Positions 62,678 to 64,000 of a stretch of DNA of 64,000 nucleotides are shown here, one piece after another. Both the position numbers and the translations under genes were made by a program. The notes beneath the pieces were generated by a model, which was given only the letters and a program-made list of their open reading frames with translations, ran no database searches and was not told the DNA's origin. Source of the DNA: an uncultured Spirochaetota bacterium (GTDB lineage: Bacteria; Spirochaetota; Spirochaetia; SZUA-6; Fen-1364); the NCBI GenBank assembly GCA_963734545.1, contig CAVTHO010000007.1, positions 800,001 to 864,000 on the forward strand. The letters run 5' to 3'. How positions within the stretch are numbered: position 1 is the first letter of the stretch; each line of letters starts with the position of its first letter.

Positions 62678-63893
62678 TTACAGTTTCAAGTCCGGGTTCG
62701 CGGGCCCGAAATGCTTGAGCATGACGAGGGGATCCGTGCGGGAGGGATTGGAAATGACCACGCCTTCACGCGCGGCCTTCTCGGTGACGAAGAACTCGTC
62801 CATGGTGAGCTGGCCGAAGCGAATGAGCGCCGGGCAATCGATGTCCCATGGCCCCATCTTCCCGTGTCCCTGCAGCAGGATCATGCCGTAGGCACCGCCG
62901 TCCTTGATGGTGACGGTCTTTCCCGGGAGCACGGTGAGCTCCTTGGCGCTGTATTCGGGGGACTTGTAGGAGATCCAGTTCTCGATGTATCCCTCCGCCT
63001 CCATCTCGGCGCGGGGCACGCACCGGCTTGGGGCTCATGAAATGCTGGGCGGCGAAATCCGGATCCACGTTCGCCTCCCAGTCGAGGACCTCGATCAGGT
63101 AGTCGAGATTGCCCACCTTCTCCGGCGGAGTGTTCTTCCAGAGCAGCTCCTCGGGGATGATGGCGTCCCCGGTGAGGGACTGGTACATGGCGAATATGTC
63201 GGAGGCCTTCTGGGGCTCGTAGGTGCACAGGCTGCCCGGCGCGTGCAGGATGCCCGCCGGCACGTCCCAGCCGGTGCCCGGCTCCAGGCGGTAGGCGGTG
63301 GACAGGTTGGTGATCTTGTTGTCCCCCTTGGAGAAGTTCAGCAGGCACTCTCGGACCTGGTCCTTCGTGGTCCCGGGCGCAGGCCGAAGAAGGTGTACGG
63401 GAAGTCGGCCCCGTAGTTGTTGTTCTGCACCGGGAAGTAGTACGACTCGGGCTTGCCCATCTGGCCCACCAGCTTCGCGTGCTTCTCCCGATGATGGACG
63501 TGGTGCGGCAGCGGCCCCTTGTTGTCGAAGAACTTGGAGTACATCGGCCACGCCTGGTAGGCCTTCCAGATGCGGTCGCCGATGATCTGCCCCTTCAGCT
63601 CCGCGATGGCGTCGCGCAGCGTCGACCTTCTCCACGCGGGAGCCGTCCTCCACGACGACGAAGCTCAGGCCCTCGTCCGTGCTCGTCTTCGGCCCGTTGT
63701 CGGCGGGCGTGGTGGAGGAGAACCAGCGCTCGTCGATCCCGCCGCGCTCTCCGCCGAAGGCGTAGTAGTCGTCCGGGTGGAGCTTGATCCTCCGCCCGGG
63801 AACGCAGAAGGAACGCGGCACCCAGTTGGGCGCCAGCCGGAGAATGCCCTTGCCCTGTTCCAGGGCCCGTTCAGCAATATCGCGAGCTGCCAT
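62678..63893 (-). CDS. Cupin-fold sugar-phosphate isomerase-like protein (apparent frameshifts)
   Basis: KFFDNKGPLPHHVH, GKPESYYF, VPAGILHAPG, YEPQKASD. Confidence 0.75.
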
Positions 63894-63923
63894 GCTTTGT
63901 CTCCTTCCCTTATTCCGACGGCG

Positions 63924-64000
63924 CTAGGCGGATTCCTGGCGCAGGCGGTCCAGCAGAACCGCGCCGATGATGATCAATCCCTTCACGAGGAGCTGGAAGT
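63924..64000 (-). CDS. 3' end of a sugar ABC transporter permease (partial)
   Basis: FQLLVKGLIIIGAVLLDRLRQESA*. Confidence 0.75.
   Translation of the reverse strand, partial: FQLLVKGLIIIGAVLLDRLRQESA

Noticed and set aside
187-63877. Many long antisense and alternative-frame ORFs in the track
   Set aside because: These are shadow ORFs of high-GC coding sequence, Arg/Pro/Gly-rich and without motifs.

Overview
High-GC bacterial chromosomal DNA, most likely from a free-living member of Spirochaetia. The main evidence is the cdaA-cdaR-acpS-DUF2225-truA-UDG-priA and def-fmt-PASTA gene orders, a DUF3996-like beta-barrel and miaA next to bS22. Many conserved genes (carB, priA, folP, cdaA, ald, dnaE, iorA) are broken by single-base frameshifts, which looks like long-read assembly error rather than real pseudogenization. 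Layout: (1) 0.2-9.9 kb accessory zone downstream of tRNA-Val(TAC), with an adenylate cyclase, three surface lipoproteins, a 31-bp att-like duplication of the tRNA 3' half and a deleted partial copy of one lipoprotein gene; (2) a DnaE2-like polymerase with a perfect palindrome over its start, ald, gpsA, carAB with an ARG-box-like operator, an MgtE-N/NRAMP pair, iorAB and two ATP-grasp genes; (3) a nucleoside uptake and salvage cluster; (4) redox and small accessory genes plus gene remnants downstream of tRNA-Gly(CCC); (5) a housekeeping run containing an orphan FlgH-like gene and a 31-aa bS22 gene missing from the ORF track; (6) the end of a sugar catabolic operon. I found no CRISPR array, integrase or transposase. 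Nothing here proves a new system. The best leads are the tRNA-Val hot spot, the dnaE2 operator and the orphan FlgH-like protein.
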